Source: Planctomycetota bacterium
GTDB lineage: Bacteria; Planctomycetota; B15-G4
DNA length: 64,000 nt
NCBI GenBank assembly: GCA_965248575.1
Contig: CBDFJQ010000002.1
Coordinates: 352,001-416,000, forward strand
Direction of reading: 5' to 3'
Shown here: piece after piece, positions 28,438 through 38,068 of the stretch
How the letters are laid out: each line of letters begins with the position of its first letter
Numbering within the stretch: position 1 is the first letter of the stretch
Translations under genes and position numbers: made by a program
Notes under the pieces: generated by a model
The model's input: only the letters and a program-made list of their open reading frames with translations
Told to the model about the DNA's origin: nothing
The model's database searches: none

Positions 28438-30457
28438 TGTCCGGCAGGTAGAGCTCCACGTCAGACACAGCCTGGCCAGCCGAGACGAACACTTCGCGCT
28501 GGCTGCGCTGGGCATACATCAACTTCATGAGCGGGTTGATGGGCTTGGAGCCGATGCGATCCGGCTTGATCATCAAGGTGTACGTTCCCTCAGCGAGATT
28601 CTCGAAGAGGAAGCGGCCCTCGGAGTCGGTGGTGGCGGCGTCCAGGAACGCGCTCTTCTTGTTGGTGACCTGGATCTCGCAGAACGGGATGGCGCGGGCG
28701 TTGGAGTCCATGGCGAAGCCTGCGATGCCAGCGCTGCGGGGCAGGTGGATGGTCACCGATAAATTGCTTCCGACGGCATCATCCAGGACGACGACATTGT
28801 TGACGGTGGCCGGTGCATAGCTGGCGTGGGTGCTGGCCAGCTGATAGGTCCCTGCGCGTACGTTCGAGAAGGAGAACTGGCCCTTGCCGTCCGTGCGCGT
28901 CTGGATCTTGCGCTTGGAGGCTCCGCTCCCACCCAGTGCTGCAAAGATGCCCTGGATCGGGGAGTCGAGGTGGTTGTTAGCGTTCAGCTTGACGAGTGCG
29001 TTGGGCACCGCGGCTCCCAGCGTGTTGAGCACCTGGCCCGTCACAGTGCCCCCGAGGCCCATGGTGATGTTGACGATCGGCGCCGGGTCGTCCGTGCGGA
29101 TCACTGCGAAGGGCTCCGACCAACTCGGGGCCATCCCCTTGGCGCGCGCCTCGAGGGCGTAGCTGCCCGGGTCGAGGTTGTCGAACACGAACTGCCCGTC
29201 GGCGGCCGAGAAGTTGCGGGTGTCGTTGAGGAACATCGGATCGCGACCCTCAGCAGCTCGCATCAACGTCAAGGAGTAGCTGCGGATGGGCGACCCGGAA
29301 TGGTCGACCACGGCGCCTTCCACGTAGAGGCGCTGCTCCATCTCGATCAGCAGTTCGCCGTCGTCCACGTGGACCTTGGGGTTGACCTTGTTGGAGTACC
29401 CCTTTGCGGTCGCGCGCACCTGGTAGTACTGGTTGTCGCCCATGCCCTCGAGCAGGAAGAAGCCTGCCCTGTCGGAGTTGCTCAACGCCGTGCCTTGGTA
29501 GTCCTTCGTCAGGGAGGTCGCTTCGACGCGCACGTCGGGGATGGGGTTGCCCGATTCATCCACCACGCGGCCCGGCAGGCTCATGCCGTCTTTCAGGCTG
29601 AAGTCCACCGTGCGATCCGAGGCGCGGGCATCCAGCGCGAAGCTCAGCATGCGGGACTGGGATTCGAAGCCCGGAGCCTGGACGCGAACCTTGAGGCTGT
29701 TGGCGGAGACGTGTTCGAAGGAGTACTGGCCGTTGTTGTCAGAGAACACGATCTTCCACGGCAGGCGCTCGGCGGGCGGCAGCTGTACTGACGCAATGGC
29801 ATCGAAGAGCTCGATGCGCGCCTCGGCGATGGGGGAGCCGGTGGCCGAGGCGACGACTCCTTCGATCGTTGCGCCCGGCTCCATCCTCAGGACGATGCCG
29901 GTCAGGTCCCGGGCCACGGTGACATGCAGGTTGCCGAGCTCTGTCGTGGCGAAGTCGTCGTGTTCTCCGACCAGGATGAAGTCGCGTCCCACCGGCACGC
30001 TCAGCAATTCGAAGCTGCCGTCCTGTCCCGAGATCGTGCTGCTGTCCACCACCTTGCGCGAGCCGGCAAAGTTCACGTTCACCAACAAGGGGTTGCCCTT
30101 GTAGAGCTTGAGCTGGCAGTTGGCGACTGGCTGTCCGTTGTTGGAGATCACACGACCGCTGACCCGGCGCAGCATGGTGCCCACTTCGGCGACGAACTGG
30201 GCCTGGTTGGGTACGGGACGCAGGGAGACCGGCACATCCATGAGCTCTGGCTCTGACTCGATGTCCGGAACCTCCGGCACCTGCATGGGCGCGGTCTCGC
30301 GCACCACAACGGGGCCGTCGAGCGGGCCATCGCCTTCAACGGGCGTGGTCTCGCCTTCGAAGAGAAGCCAGATGGCTCCCCCCACGACCATCAGGACCAT
30401 GACGAGCACACCGGCCAGGATGGGAGAATTGGAATTCTTGCCGCGGGACGATCTCAT
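28421..30457 (-). CDS. Membrane-anchored protein with tandem carboxypeptidase-regulatory-like (beta-sandwich) domains
   Basis: N-terminal TM, then about six repeats of G.V....G.PI..A.V / SD..G.F.F..L..G.Y. Confidence 0.8.
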   Translation of the reverse strand: MRSSRGKNSNSPILAGVLVMVLMVVGGAIWLLFEGETTPVEGDGPLDGPVVVRETAPMQVPEVPDIESEPELMDVPVSLRPVPNQAQFVAEVGTMLRRVSGRVISNNGQPVANCQLKLYKGNPLLVNVNFAGSRKVVDSSTISGQDGSFELLSVPVGRDFILVGEHDDFATTELGNLHVTVARDLTGIVLRMEPGATIEGVVASATGSPIAEARIELFDAIASVQLPPAERLPWKIVFSDNNGQYSFEHVSANSLKVRVQAPGFESQSRMLSFALDARASDRTVDFSLKDGMSLPGRVVDESGNPIPDVRVEATSLTKDYQGTALSNSDRAGFFLLEGMGDNQYYQVRATAKGYSNKVNPKVHVDDGELLIEMEQRLYVEGAVVDHSGSPIRSYSLTLMRAAEGRDPMFLNDTRNFSAADGQFVFDNLDPGSYALEARAKGMAPSWSEPFAVIRTDDPAPIVNITMGLGGTVTGQVLNTLGAAVPNALVKLNANNHLDSPIQGIFAALGGSGASKRKIQTRTDGKGQFSFSNVRAGTYQLASTHASYAPATVNNVVVLDDAVGSNLSVTIHLPRSAGIAGFAMDSNARAIPFCEIQVTNKKSAFLDAATTDSEGRFLFENLAEGTYTLMIKPDRIGSKPINPLMKLMYAQRSQREVFVSAGQAVSDVELYLPDITPGG

Positions 30458-30765
30458 GAGTTTTCTTGGACGTCGTCGAGGGGCGGAGACTTCCCGGTCG
30501 GTTGTGCTCACGTCTCCGTGAGCGCCCGGCTGGGTCGTCAGGGGCAGGCTGGATGGCTGAACCTCACCATCCGGGCTGGATATCCTAGCCAACTGAAGGG
30601 GTTGGAGGGACCTCAGGGGCGGGTGCAGGGCGGAATGAGGGGGGCGGTGCATGCAGCTCCCCTTGGAGCTAACATCGGGCGCTGGCCCCTCGGGGCTTTT
30701 GTCCGATCAGTACTCGCTCGTGAATCGTCCGTCGACCTGCCGTCGACACTCTGGGGTTGCCTGTC

Positions 30766-31461
30766 ATGCCGATCTTCTTCCTGGGTCCTGGCTACATGCT
30801 CGTGATGCTGGCGGGGGGGCTCGTCATGGCTTGGGCTCAATGGCGTGTCCGCAGCGCCTTCAAGCGCTATTCGAACGTGCCTTCAGGGGCGGGGCTGACC
30901 GGCGCCCAGGTGGCCCGCCGTCTGCTGGATGCCGAACGGCTCTTCGACGTCCAGATCGAACGGACCTCTGGGCGGCTGGATGACCACTACGACCCCCGCG
31001 GCAAGGTCCTGCGTCTCTCCGAATCGGTTCACGACGGCAGCTCGCTGGCGTCGATTGGCGTGGCTGCCCACGAGATGGGCCACGCGCTCCAGCATGCCGA
31101 AGGCTACGCGCCCCTGAGCTTCAGGCAGGCTTTCTACCCCGTGGCCGCGTTCTCGTCCCGGTCCTGGAGCGTGCTGCTGATGATCGGTCTGATCGTGGGG
31201 TTCAGTCCGCTCGGGAAGGGCCTGTTGATCGCGGCTGCCATCGCCATGAGCCTCTACACGATCTTCGCGCTGGTCACGCTGCCGGTGGAGTTCGATGCCA
31301 GTCGTCGAGCCCTGCTGTTGCTGGAGAGCTCGCGGAACCTGAACGAGGAAGAGCTCGTGGGCGCCCGGAAGGTGTTGAGCGCTGCGGGCCTGACCTACGT
31401 CGCCAGCGCCTTCCAGACCGTCTTGACCCTGATGTACGTCGTGATGCGCACCCGGCAGTAG
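30766..31461 (+). CDS. YugP-family neutral zinc metallopeptidase
   Basis: DHYDP, VAAHEMGHALQH, VTLPVEFDASRRA, AAGLTYVA. Confidence 0.9.
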   Translation: MPIFFLGPGYMLVMLAGGLVMAWAQWRVRSAFKRYSNVPSGAGLTGAQVARRLLDAERLFDVQIERTSGRLDDHYDPRGKVLRLSESVHDGSSLASIGVAAHEMGHALQHAEGYAPLSFRQAFYPVAAFSSRSWSVLLMIGLIVGFSPLGKGLLIAAAIAMSLYTIFALVTLPVEFDASRRALLLLESSRNLNEEELVGARKVLSAAGLTYVASAFQTVLTLMYVVMRTRQ

Positions 31462-31467
31462 CTCTGC

Positions 31468-32166
31468 TCAGCGCGGGTGATTGCGGGCGCTGCGGTAGTG
31501 GTCGGCAAGCTCCGCGAAGTCGGCTGGAGGCTTGCATGACACCTTGAGTGGTTCGGTCGTCGCAGGGTGGGGGAAGCTGAGTCGTTCAGCGTGCAGCATG
31601 GCTCGACCTGCGGGCGGAGACTTGGGCGCTGAAGAGCCCCGATGTCGTCTGCCGAACTTGTCGTCGCCCAAGAGCGGATGACCCAGATGAGCCATGTGGA
31701 CCCGGATCTGGTTGTGCCGCCCAGTCTCCATCTGCACGCGAACCAGTGAAGCCTGTGAGCCTTGGGCGTCCCAGCTTTCGAGCACCTCGTAGCGAGTGAT
31801 GGCTCGCTTGCCGCTCCGATCGACCCGAGCGGTTGATCCTTGGTCCAGGATCGGGACATCGATGGTTGCCCGACTGGCCTGTGGCCGACCGCGGACGAGC
31901 GCCAGGTAGGTCTTCTCCACCTGACGTTTGCGAAACAGGGCCTCCATCTCGGCGCGCAGACTGCGGTCGAGATTGAGCAGCAGGACCCCGCTCGTGTCCT
32001 TGTCCAGGCGATGAACCGGTGCCACGGCCAAGCCGTCGCGTCGCAGGTCGTCCAGGAGGCAGCGTTCGTTGCTTCCCGGACGACCCACTGTCAACACGCC
32101 AGCCGCCTTGGCCACCACCAGCAGGTGGTCGTCCCGATGCAGGATGCGGTAGGTCTCGGAGGGCAT
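31468..32166 (-). CDS. RluA-family pseudouridine synthase
   Basis: VHRLDKDTSG, KTYLALV, ETGRHNQIRVH, HPLLGD, LHA..L.FPHP. Confidence 0.93.
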   Translation of the reverse strand: MPSETYRILHRDDHLLVVAKAAGVLTVGRPGSNERCLLDDLRRDGLAVAPVHRLDKDTSGVLLLNLDRSLRAEMEALFRKRQVEKTYLALVRGRPQASRATIDVPILDQGSTARVDRSGKRAITRYEVLESWDAQGSQASLVRVQMETGRHNQIRVHMAHLGHPLLGDDKFGRRHRGSSAPKSPPAGRAMLHAERLSFPHPATTEPLKVSCKPPADFAELADHYRSARNHPR

Positions 32167-32232
32167 GGGCGAAGAGTCTAGCGCTTGGGACGAAGGGCCC
32201 AGCAGTCCTCCTTCACCCCATCAACCACCCCA

Positions 32233-34809
32233 TCAGCCGGCGGGCGTTTCGGCCGAGGACGCGGAGTCGATCTCTACCGGTTTCTCGACCCTGCTCACGA
32301 GGCCATCAGCGCCCATCTCCAGGTGCACATGGTCGCCCGCCTCGAAGACCCCTGCCAGCAGGTCGCGGGCGAGCAGGTCGGAGACATGCTTTTGGATCGC
32401 TCTCTTGAGTGGTCGGGCTCCGAAGGCCGGGTCGTAGCCCTCTTCCGCCAGGAACGTCACGGTGTCCTCGCTAAAGCTGACGTCGATCCCGTTCAAGGCA
32501 ATCTGCGCCTTCAGAAGCTCGAGCTGGATGCGGACGATGGAAGCCAGGGCTTCCTGAGGCAGCGGATCGAACTCCAGGATGTCGTCGAGGCGGTTGATGA
32601 ACTCAGGACGGAAGAAGCTGTGCACGGCCTGCATGCCATCCAGGTTGGACGTCATGAGCACGAGCGCTTGCGTGAAGTCCACGGTGCGGCCCTTGCCGTC
32701 CGTCAGTCGACCGTCATCCAGGATCTGGAGCAGTGCCCCGAAAACGTCGGGGTGGGCCTTCTCGACTTCGTCCAGGAGCAACACGCAATGGGGGCGCCGG
32801 CGAACCGCTTCGGTCAGAGCGCCGCCCTCGTCGTGCCCGACGTAGCCGGGGGGGGCACCGATCAATCGAGCAACGGAGTGCTTCTCCATGTACTCGCTCA
32901 TGTCCAGGCGAATCATGGCGCGCTCGTCGTCGAAGAGGAACTCGGCCACGCTGCGGGCGAGCTCGGTCTTGCCGACACCCGTCGGACCCAAACACAGGAA
33001 GCTCCCCACGGGGCGTGTCGGCGTTGACAGGCCAGCGCGGGACCGACGGACGGCATCGCACACCGCTCGAACGGCGGAGTCCTGCCCGACGAGCCTGGCG
33101 TGGACATGGCGCTCCATGTTCAGCAGGCGTTCCCGTTCCTCGCTCAGCAAGCGGGTGACGGGGATCCCCGTCCAGCGGGCGACCACCTCCGCGATCTGCT
33201 CGGGGCCCACCTCTTGTGGAAGCAGCGCGCCATGTTCCTGGAGGTCTTCCAGTGCCGCCGCGCTGCTGCGCGCCTGCTCCTGGGCTTCCGGAATGAGGCT
33301 GTAGCGGATCTCGGCCACGCGGTCGTAGTCACCGCGCCGCTCTGCCAACTCGGATTCTGCCTGCAGTTCTGCGGTGCACTCCTTGGCTGCACGGGCCGTG
33401 GCGATCAGCTGCTTCTCGTGGCTCCAAGCCAGGCGTAGCTGTTCGGCCTGTTCCTGGATGGCAGCGATCTCATCGGAAATGTCGTCGAGTCTGCGGGTGT
33501 CTGGAACCTGCTCGGATTCGAGAGCCTTGGCTTCGATCTCGAGTTGGCGCAGCCGACGTTCGAAGTTGTCCAGCTCCGCAGGCATGGAATCGATGTTGAT
33601 GCGCAGGCCGCTGGCAGCTTCGTCCAGCAGGTCGATGGCCTTGTCTGGCAAGAAGCGGTCCTGGATGTACTTGTCAGCCAGGCGCGCGCTGGCGACGACG
33701 GCCTCGTCCTGGATGCGCACGCCGTGATGGACCTCGTAGGTCTCCTTCAGTCCGCGCAAGATCGCCAGCGTGTCCTCGATGCTGGGTTCGTTGACCTTGA
33801 CTGGTTGGAAACGGCGCTCGAGAGCAGCGTCCTTCTCGATGTGCTTGCGGTACTCGTCGAGGGTGGTGGCGCCCACACAACGGAGCTCACCCCGCGCAAG
33901 GGCGGGCTTGAGCATGTTGGCTGCGTCGACGGCACCCTCTGCAGCGCCAGCACCCACCAAGGTGTGGAGCTCGTCGATAAACAGAATCACCTGTCCGTTG
34001 CTGTCTTCCACCTCCTTGATCAGCCCCTTCAGGCGCTCTTCGAATTCGCCTCGATACTTGGCGCCGGCGAGGAGCGCTGCCAGGTCCAGGGCCAGCAGGC
34101 GTTTCTCTCGCAGTGACTCGGGGACGTCGCCCACGACGATGCGTCGAGCGAGCCCTTCGACGATGGCCGTCTTGCCCACGCCGGGCTCACCGATGAGCAC
34201 GGGGTTGTTCTTGGTGCGTCGGGAGAGGACCTGGATGACGCGGCGAATCTCATCGTGGCGACCGATGACGACATCGAGCTTGCCGTCTCGTGCCAGTTGC
34301 GTCAGGTCGCGCGTGAACTTGTCGAGCACCTCGTGACTGGATTCAGGGGATTCGCTCTCGACGGTTTGACCCGCGCGAACGGAATCGAGAGCCTCGTTGA
34401 TGGAGGCGGCGTTCACACCCCGGTGATCGAGGGCCGCCAACAAGGGGCCGTCGGCCTTGTTCAGGATGGCGAGCAGCAGCACATCCACGGAGATGAACTG
34501 ATCTCCGCGGGACTTGGCCAGCTGGCCTGCCTCGTCCAACACGGCCGCCAGATCTCGGCTCATGCCAGGCTGTTGGTCGTGCCCGCTGACCTTCGGAAGG
34601 GACATGAGCAGGCCTTCTACGTCGGCCTTCAGTGCGGCGCGGTCTGCGCCCACGGCCCGGAGCAGCGACGTGACGTAGCCATCATCGGGCTCCAGGAGGG
34701 CGGCCGTCAGGTGAGCCAGGCTCAGCTCCGGGTGGCCACGCTGGGCGGCGGTCTGGACGGCCAGGCTCAGGGCTTCGTGTGTGCGTTGAGTGAAGCGGTC
34801 GGGGCTCAT
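32233..34809 (-). CDS. clpB: ATP-dependent chaperone ClpB
   Basis: Two AAA+ modules ([16 protein letters not shown]), M-domain and GAPPGYVG. Start MSPDRFTQ with GGAG RBS. Confidence 0.97.
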   Translation of the reverse strand: MSPDRFTQRTHEALSLAVQTAAQRGHPELSLAHLTAALLEPDDGYVTSLLRAVGADRAALKADVEGLLMSLPKVSGHDQQPGMSRDLAAVLDEAGQLAKSRGDQFISVDVLLLAILNKADGPLLAALDHRGVNAASINEALDSVRAGQTVESESPESSHEVLDKFTRDLTQLARDGKLDVVIGRHDEIRRVIQVLSRRTKNNPVLIGEPGVGKTAIVEGLARRIVVGDVPESLREKRLLALDLAALLAGAKYRGEFEERLKGLIKEVEDSNGQVILFIDELHTLVGAGAAEGAVDAANMLKPALARGELRCVGATTLDEYRKHIEKDAALERRFQPVKVNEPSIEDTLAILRGLKETYEVHHGVRIQDEAVVASARLADKYIQDRFLPDKAIDLLDEAASGLRINIDSMPAELDNFERRLRQLEIEAKALESEQVPDTRRLDDISDEIAAIQEQAEQLRLAWSHEKQLIATARAAKECTAELQAESELAERRGDYDRVAEIRYSLIPEAQEQARSSAAALEDLQEHGALLPQEVGPEQIAEVVARWTGIPVTRLLSEERERLLNMERHVHARLVGQDSAVRAVCDAVRRSRAGLSTPTRPVGSFLCLGPTGVGKTELARSVAEFLFDDERAMIRLDMSEYMEKHSVARLIGAPPGYVGHDEGGALTEAVRRRPHCVLLLDEVEKAHPDVFGALLQILDDGRLTDGKGRTVDFTQALVLMTSNLDGMQAVHSFFRPEFINRLDDILEFDPLPQEALASIVRIQLELLKAQIALNGIDVSFSEDTVTFLAEEGYDPAFGARPLKRAIQKHVSDLLARDLLAGVFEAGDHVHLEMGADGLVSRVEKPVEIDSASSAETPAG

Positions 34810-34847
34810 GGGAGGGTCTCCAAGCGGGTGAGGACGGGAGGTCCTTG

Positions 34848-34863
34848 TGCAATGCCCATGCCA
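34848..34863 (-). promoter_or_regulatory. Putative sigma54 (-24/-12) promoter of clpB
   Basis: Minus strand reads TGGCATGGGCATTGCA, a close match to TGGCAC-N5-TTGCW. Confidence 0.7.
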
Positions 34864-34926
34864 ATGGCGGTGGCGGGGAGGAGCCGCGTGTGGGCCGGTC
34901 TGGAGCTTCACAGGGTGGATGGCAGA

Positions 34927-34960
34927 CGCCAATATGGCGCATATGCGTGCCGATATGGCG
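34927..34960. promoter_or_regulatory. Two palindromic operator/enhancer-like sites upstream of clpB
   Basis: CGCCA-ATA-TGGCG (34927-34939) and TGCCG-ATA-TGGCG (34948-34960), 21 bp apart. Confidence 0.55.
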
Positions 34961-35103
34961 TGTCGCTGCTGGAGCCCGTCACTGAGCGTCGGCTCCTCAT
35001 CAGTGCTCCAGTGGACGGCGCCGCGAGGCCGGCTTGAGCAGCGAACACCCGTCGCTAGACTCGCGCCTCAGTTTCCACACGGCCTTCCCATTGGATGCTC
35101 TAG

Positions 35104-35733
35104 ATGCTCAGCAAGCTCGCTCTCGAAGAGTTCTCACAGCGCACTGCAGCCAAGGAACCCACCCCCGGCGGGGGTTCCGTGGCGGCTTACATGGGCACTG
35201 TGGGTGCCGCTCTTGGGGCCATGGCCGCGCGCTTCACCCAAGGCCGGAAGGGGTTTGAGCCTCACGAAAGCCTGCTGGCGCAGGAGATTCATGAACTGGA
35301 CTCCCTGCGCGAGGAGCTGCTGGGACTGGTGGATGCAGACGCCGCCGCCTATTCCACCGTGACCGGGGCCTACAAGCTGCCCAAGGCGACTCCCGAGCAG
35401 AAGCAGGAGCGGCTGGCCGCCATCCAGGTCGCCCTCGACGTGGCTCTCCAGCCGCCCTTGCAGATCTGTCGAGCCGCCGTTCGAGGGCTGGAGGTGCTCT
35501 CGCGTCTGGCCGAGCACACGAACCCCAATCTCATCAGCGACGTCGCGGTGGGGGCATTTGCCCTGGCGGCGACGTATAGGAGCGCCTGGATCAACGTCTT
35601 GATCAACCTCTCGGGGCTCCGGGATGAGGCCCGCAAGCGGGAGCTGATGGAGGAGGGGGCCTCGTTGTCCGAGCGCTGCAGCCGGCTCGAGGAGCTCGTG
35701 GGCGCTGGAATCACCGGCAATCTGACGCCTTGA
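35104..35733 (+). CDS. Cyclodeaminase/cyclohydrolase family protein (FTCD_C)
   Basis: EPTPGGGSVAA, LVDADAAAY, NPNLISDV, NVLINL. Confidence 0.9.
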   Translation: MLSKLALEEFSQRTAAKEPTPGGGSVAAYMGTVGAALGAMAARFTQGRKGFEPHESLLAQEIHELDSLREELLGLVDADAAAYSTVTGAYKLPKATPEQKQERLAAIQVALDVALQPPLQICRAAVRGLEVLSRLAEHTNPNLISDVAVGAFALAATYRSAWINVLINLSGLRDEARKRELMEEGASLSERCSRLEELVGAGITGNLTP

Positions 35734-35882
35734 TGGACCCCGTGGCACCGAAAACAGCCTCGAAAGGCTCCCTCTCGCCCCGGAAAAGACGCTAGGCTGA
35801 TCGGTCGGTTTCTTGCCCGGGGGGCGATCAGGTCACGGCCTGAACGCGATCCCCGGCACTTCATCCCGATCGGAGTCGAGAC

Positions 35883-36752
35883 ATGAAGAGTGTTCTCTCC
35901 CTTGGTGTGGCCGCCTTGGCGCTGGCCTTCCTGAGCGCTGACGCGCACGCCCAGTGATGCCCGTCCACCCCGGGGCCGAGTTCGGCCCCTGCTGCGACAC
36001 CTGGACCGGCCATGCGCGCTCAAGGCGCTGGTGCTGGCATTGCACCGGTCGTTCGAGGAGACACCGTTCGTGAGTTGCTGAAGCTCGACTGGAACTTCCC
36101 GGTCTACACCAACAACAAGAACGCCGAGGCCATGGCTCAGGGCGGCACCTTTGCCGCGGAGCGCCTGCAGGCGTTGCCCCGGGATGAGGCGTTCCGCTAC
36201 ATCGCGGGCGACGACATCCGCCCGTTGCTCGTCATGCGCGAGTGTGGGTTCTGCAAGGGCAGCGATGACGCCCTCCTGAGCACGCGCTTCGACAACGACA
36301 AGACGGTGCTACTGTCTCAGTGGTTCCACGTCGTCAAGTTGCCGAACCATGTGCTGGAGCAGGACCACCCCTTCCGCAACCTGTTCGAAGAGAAGGCTCC
36401 GGCTCACCTGTTCATCGCCACGCGTGATGGCAGCACGGTCAAGCCGTTGTCTGGGCAGCAGTCCCAGACGCAACTCTGGAACGCCATGGTCGATGTGCTC
36501 GGCGGTGTGTATGCCGACGATCCGGAAGACCGCATCCAGGGCATGTACAAGATCCTGGATCGTCTGGATGAGATGGACCAGACCGACGGACGCTTGCACG
36601 GCAAGTTCAGTGATGAGCTTGAGAAGCGCGGGCCGAAGTCCTCCAAGCTCAAGAAGATCCGCAAGAACATCGACGCGCTGAAGATGGATCGCGCGGAGTT
36701 GCTCGCCGAGCTGGGTGAGCTCAAGGATCTGGAGGAGATGGGGGAGGACTGA
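35883..36752 (+). CDS. Exported thioredoxin-like (CxxC) protein with in-frame UGA at codon 25; candidate selenoprotein
   Basis: GGAG RBS, then MKSVLSLGVAALALAFLSADAHAQ-UGA(35955-35957)-CPSTPGP..., in frame with ORF 36012-36752 (RECGFC). A hairpin follows the UGA. Confidence 0.65.
35972..35989 (+). promoter_or_regulatory. SECIS-like hairpin
   Basis: GGGGCCG-AGUU-CGGCCCC. There are 21 nt between the UGA and the loop, and G is the second loop base followed by U. Confidence 0.5.
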
Positions 36753-36795
36753 GCGTCCGCTCTCTGTTGCAATTCTTGAAGCAGGAGAACGGATC

Positions 36796-38040
36796 GTGAG
36801 CCAGCGCCTCACTTTCTGGTTGCTCGCGTCCGTTCTCCTGCTCGAATCCAGCCTGCTCAGCCAGGATGGCGATCTGCTGCCGCCCGATGCGGAAAAGGGC
36901 TGGCGCATCGACCCCTACACCAAGGGCGAGCCAGAGGCGCTGGCAAAGGCTGGCTACGTGGCCATGAACCGCCTGGAGTGGGGGGATGACCACTCCACCA
37001 TTCAGGTGGACGAGACCCTGGGCGCCGTGCAGATGCTCTGGGTCGAGACGGAGCACTTCCGGATCGGCTCGTCTCTCCCCGAGTACAAGATTCCGAAGGA
37101 GGACAAGCCCAAGCTCCAGGCCGAGCTGAAGGTCTTGAAGAAGATCCTCCCGAAGGTGAAGGACAAGACCCGGGAGCTGGACCGCTGGATGCGCCTGCAC
37201 CTCTATGCCCGACGCCTCGAGCAGTTGTACGAGCGCGTCCAGGAGGTGCTCGGCGTGACGGACGCTGACTTCCCCTCGAGCCAGGAGGAAGCCACGGCGG
37301 CGCAGAAGTTCATGGGCAACGGCAAGTACCTCGGGCGCCGGGACAAATACTGCGTGCTGCTGTTCGAGAAGAAGAGCGGCCTGGGTCGTTACGGCCAGCG
37401 CTATGGCGCCGGCCGGGGGGGCTCAGGCGAGAGCCCGCTGCGCCTCGGATTCCACGGCCGGGGAAGCCTGGCCTTCGCGACGACCGCGGAGTATTTCATC
37501 GGTCACTTCGAGAACGATGTCTCGCTTCACAACCACGTGGTGTTCAACATCACGAGCCAGTTGCTGGATGGTTATCGCGATTACTACCACGCCTACCCAC
37601 GCTGGATTGCTGATGGCATGGGACAGGTGCTGATGCGCGAGATCGATGAGGACTATCCCACCTTCTCGAGCATGAAGGAGCCTGTCTCGCAGGTCATGGA
37701 GGAGGAGAGCTGGGGGCGCAAGGTTCGAGCGCGAGTCAAGGTCGACTACTACCCCTCAGCCCAGGAACTCATGCGCTGGCCGCGCGGCGAGAAGCTGGAG
37801 TTTGCGAACCACACCATGATGTGGTCGCGGGTGGACTTCCTGCTGCAAGAACACCCGCAGGCATTCCAACGCTTCCTGAGCGCCGTCAAGGAGCCCATCG
37901 TGGTGCCGGGCAGGGCGCCGACCGATGACGAGATCTTCGCCCAGCAAGAGGCCGCCATGAAGTCTGAGCTGGGCTTCGACGGCGACGGCTTCGATGAGGC
38001 CTGGTCGCGTTGGGTCCTCAAGAACTATCCCAAGCGCTGA
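36796..38040 (+). CDS. Secreted hypothetical protein with degenerate gluzincin-like segment
   Basis: AGGAG RBS before GTG 36796, signal peptide, and HNHVVFNITSQLL...YPRWIADGMGQ. Confidence 0.65.
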   Translation: MSQRLTFWLLASVLLLESSLLSQDGDLLPPDAEKGWRIDPYTKGEPEALAKAGYVAMNRLEWGDDHSTIQVDETLGAVQMLWVETEHFRIGSSLPEYKIPKEDKPKLQAELKVLKKILPKVKDKTRELDRWMRLHLYARRLEQLYERVQEVLGVTDADFPSSQEEATAAQKFMGNGKYLGRRDKYCVLLFEKKSGLGRYGQRYGAGRGGSGESPLRLGFHGRGSLAFATTAEYFIGHFENDVSLHNHVVFNITSQLLDGYRDYYHAYPRWIADGMGQVLMREIDEDYPTFSSMKEPVSQVMEEESWGRKVRARVKVDYYPSAQELMRWPRGEKLEFANHTMMWSRVDFLLQEHPQAFQRFLSAVKEPIVVPGRAPTDDEIFAQQEAAMKSELGFDGDGFDEAWSRWVLKNYPKR

Positions 38041-38068
38041 CGCCTGGTCGGCGCTGAGATGTCGGCTC

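Noticed and set aside
35955..35957. Genome-wide UGA reassignment (code 4 or 25)
   Set aside because: Many genes here end in TGA at their expected C-termini, often in ATGA/GTGA overlaps, so UGA is a normal stop.
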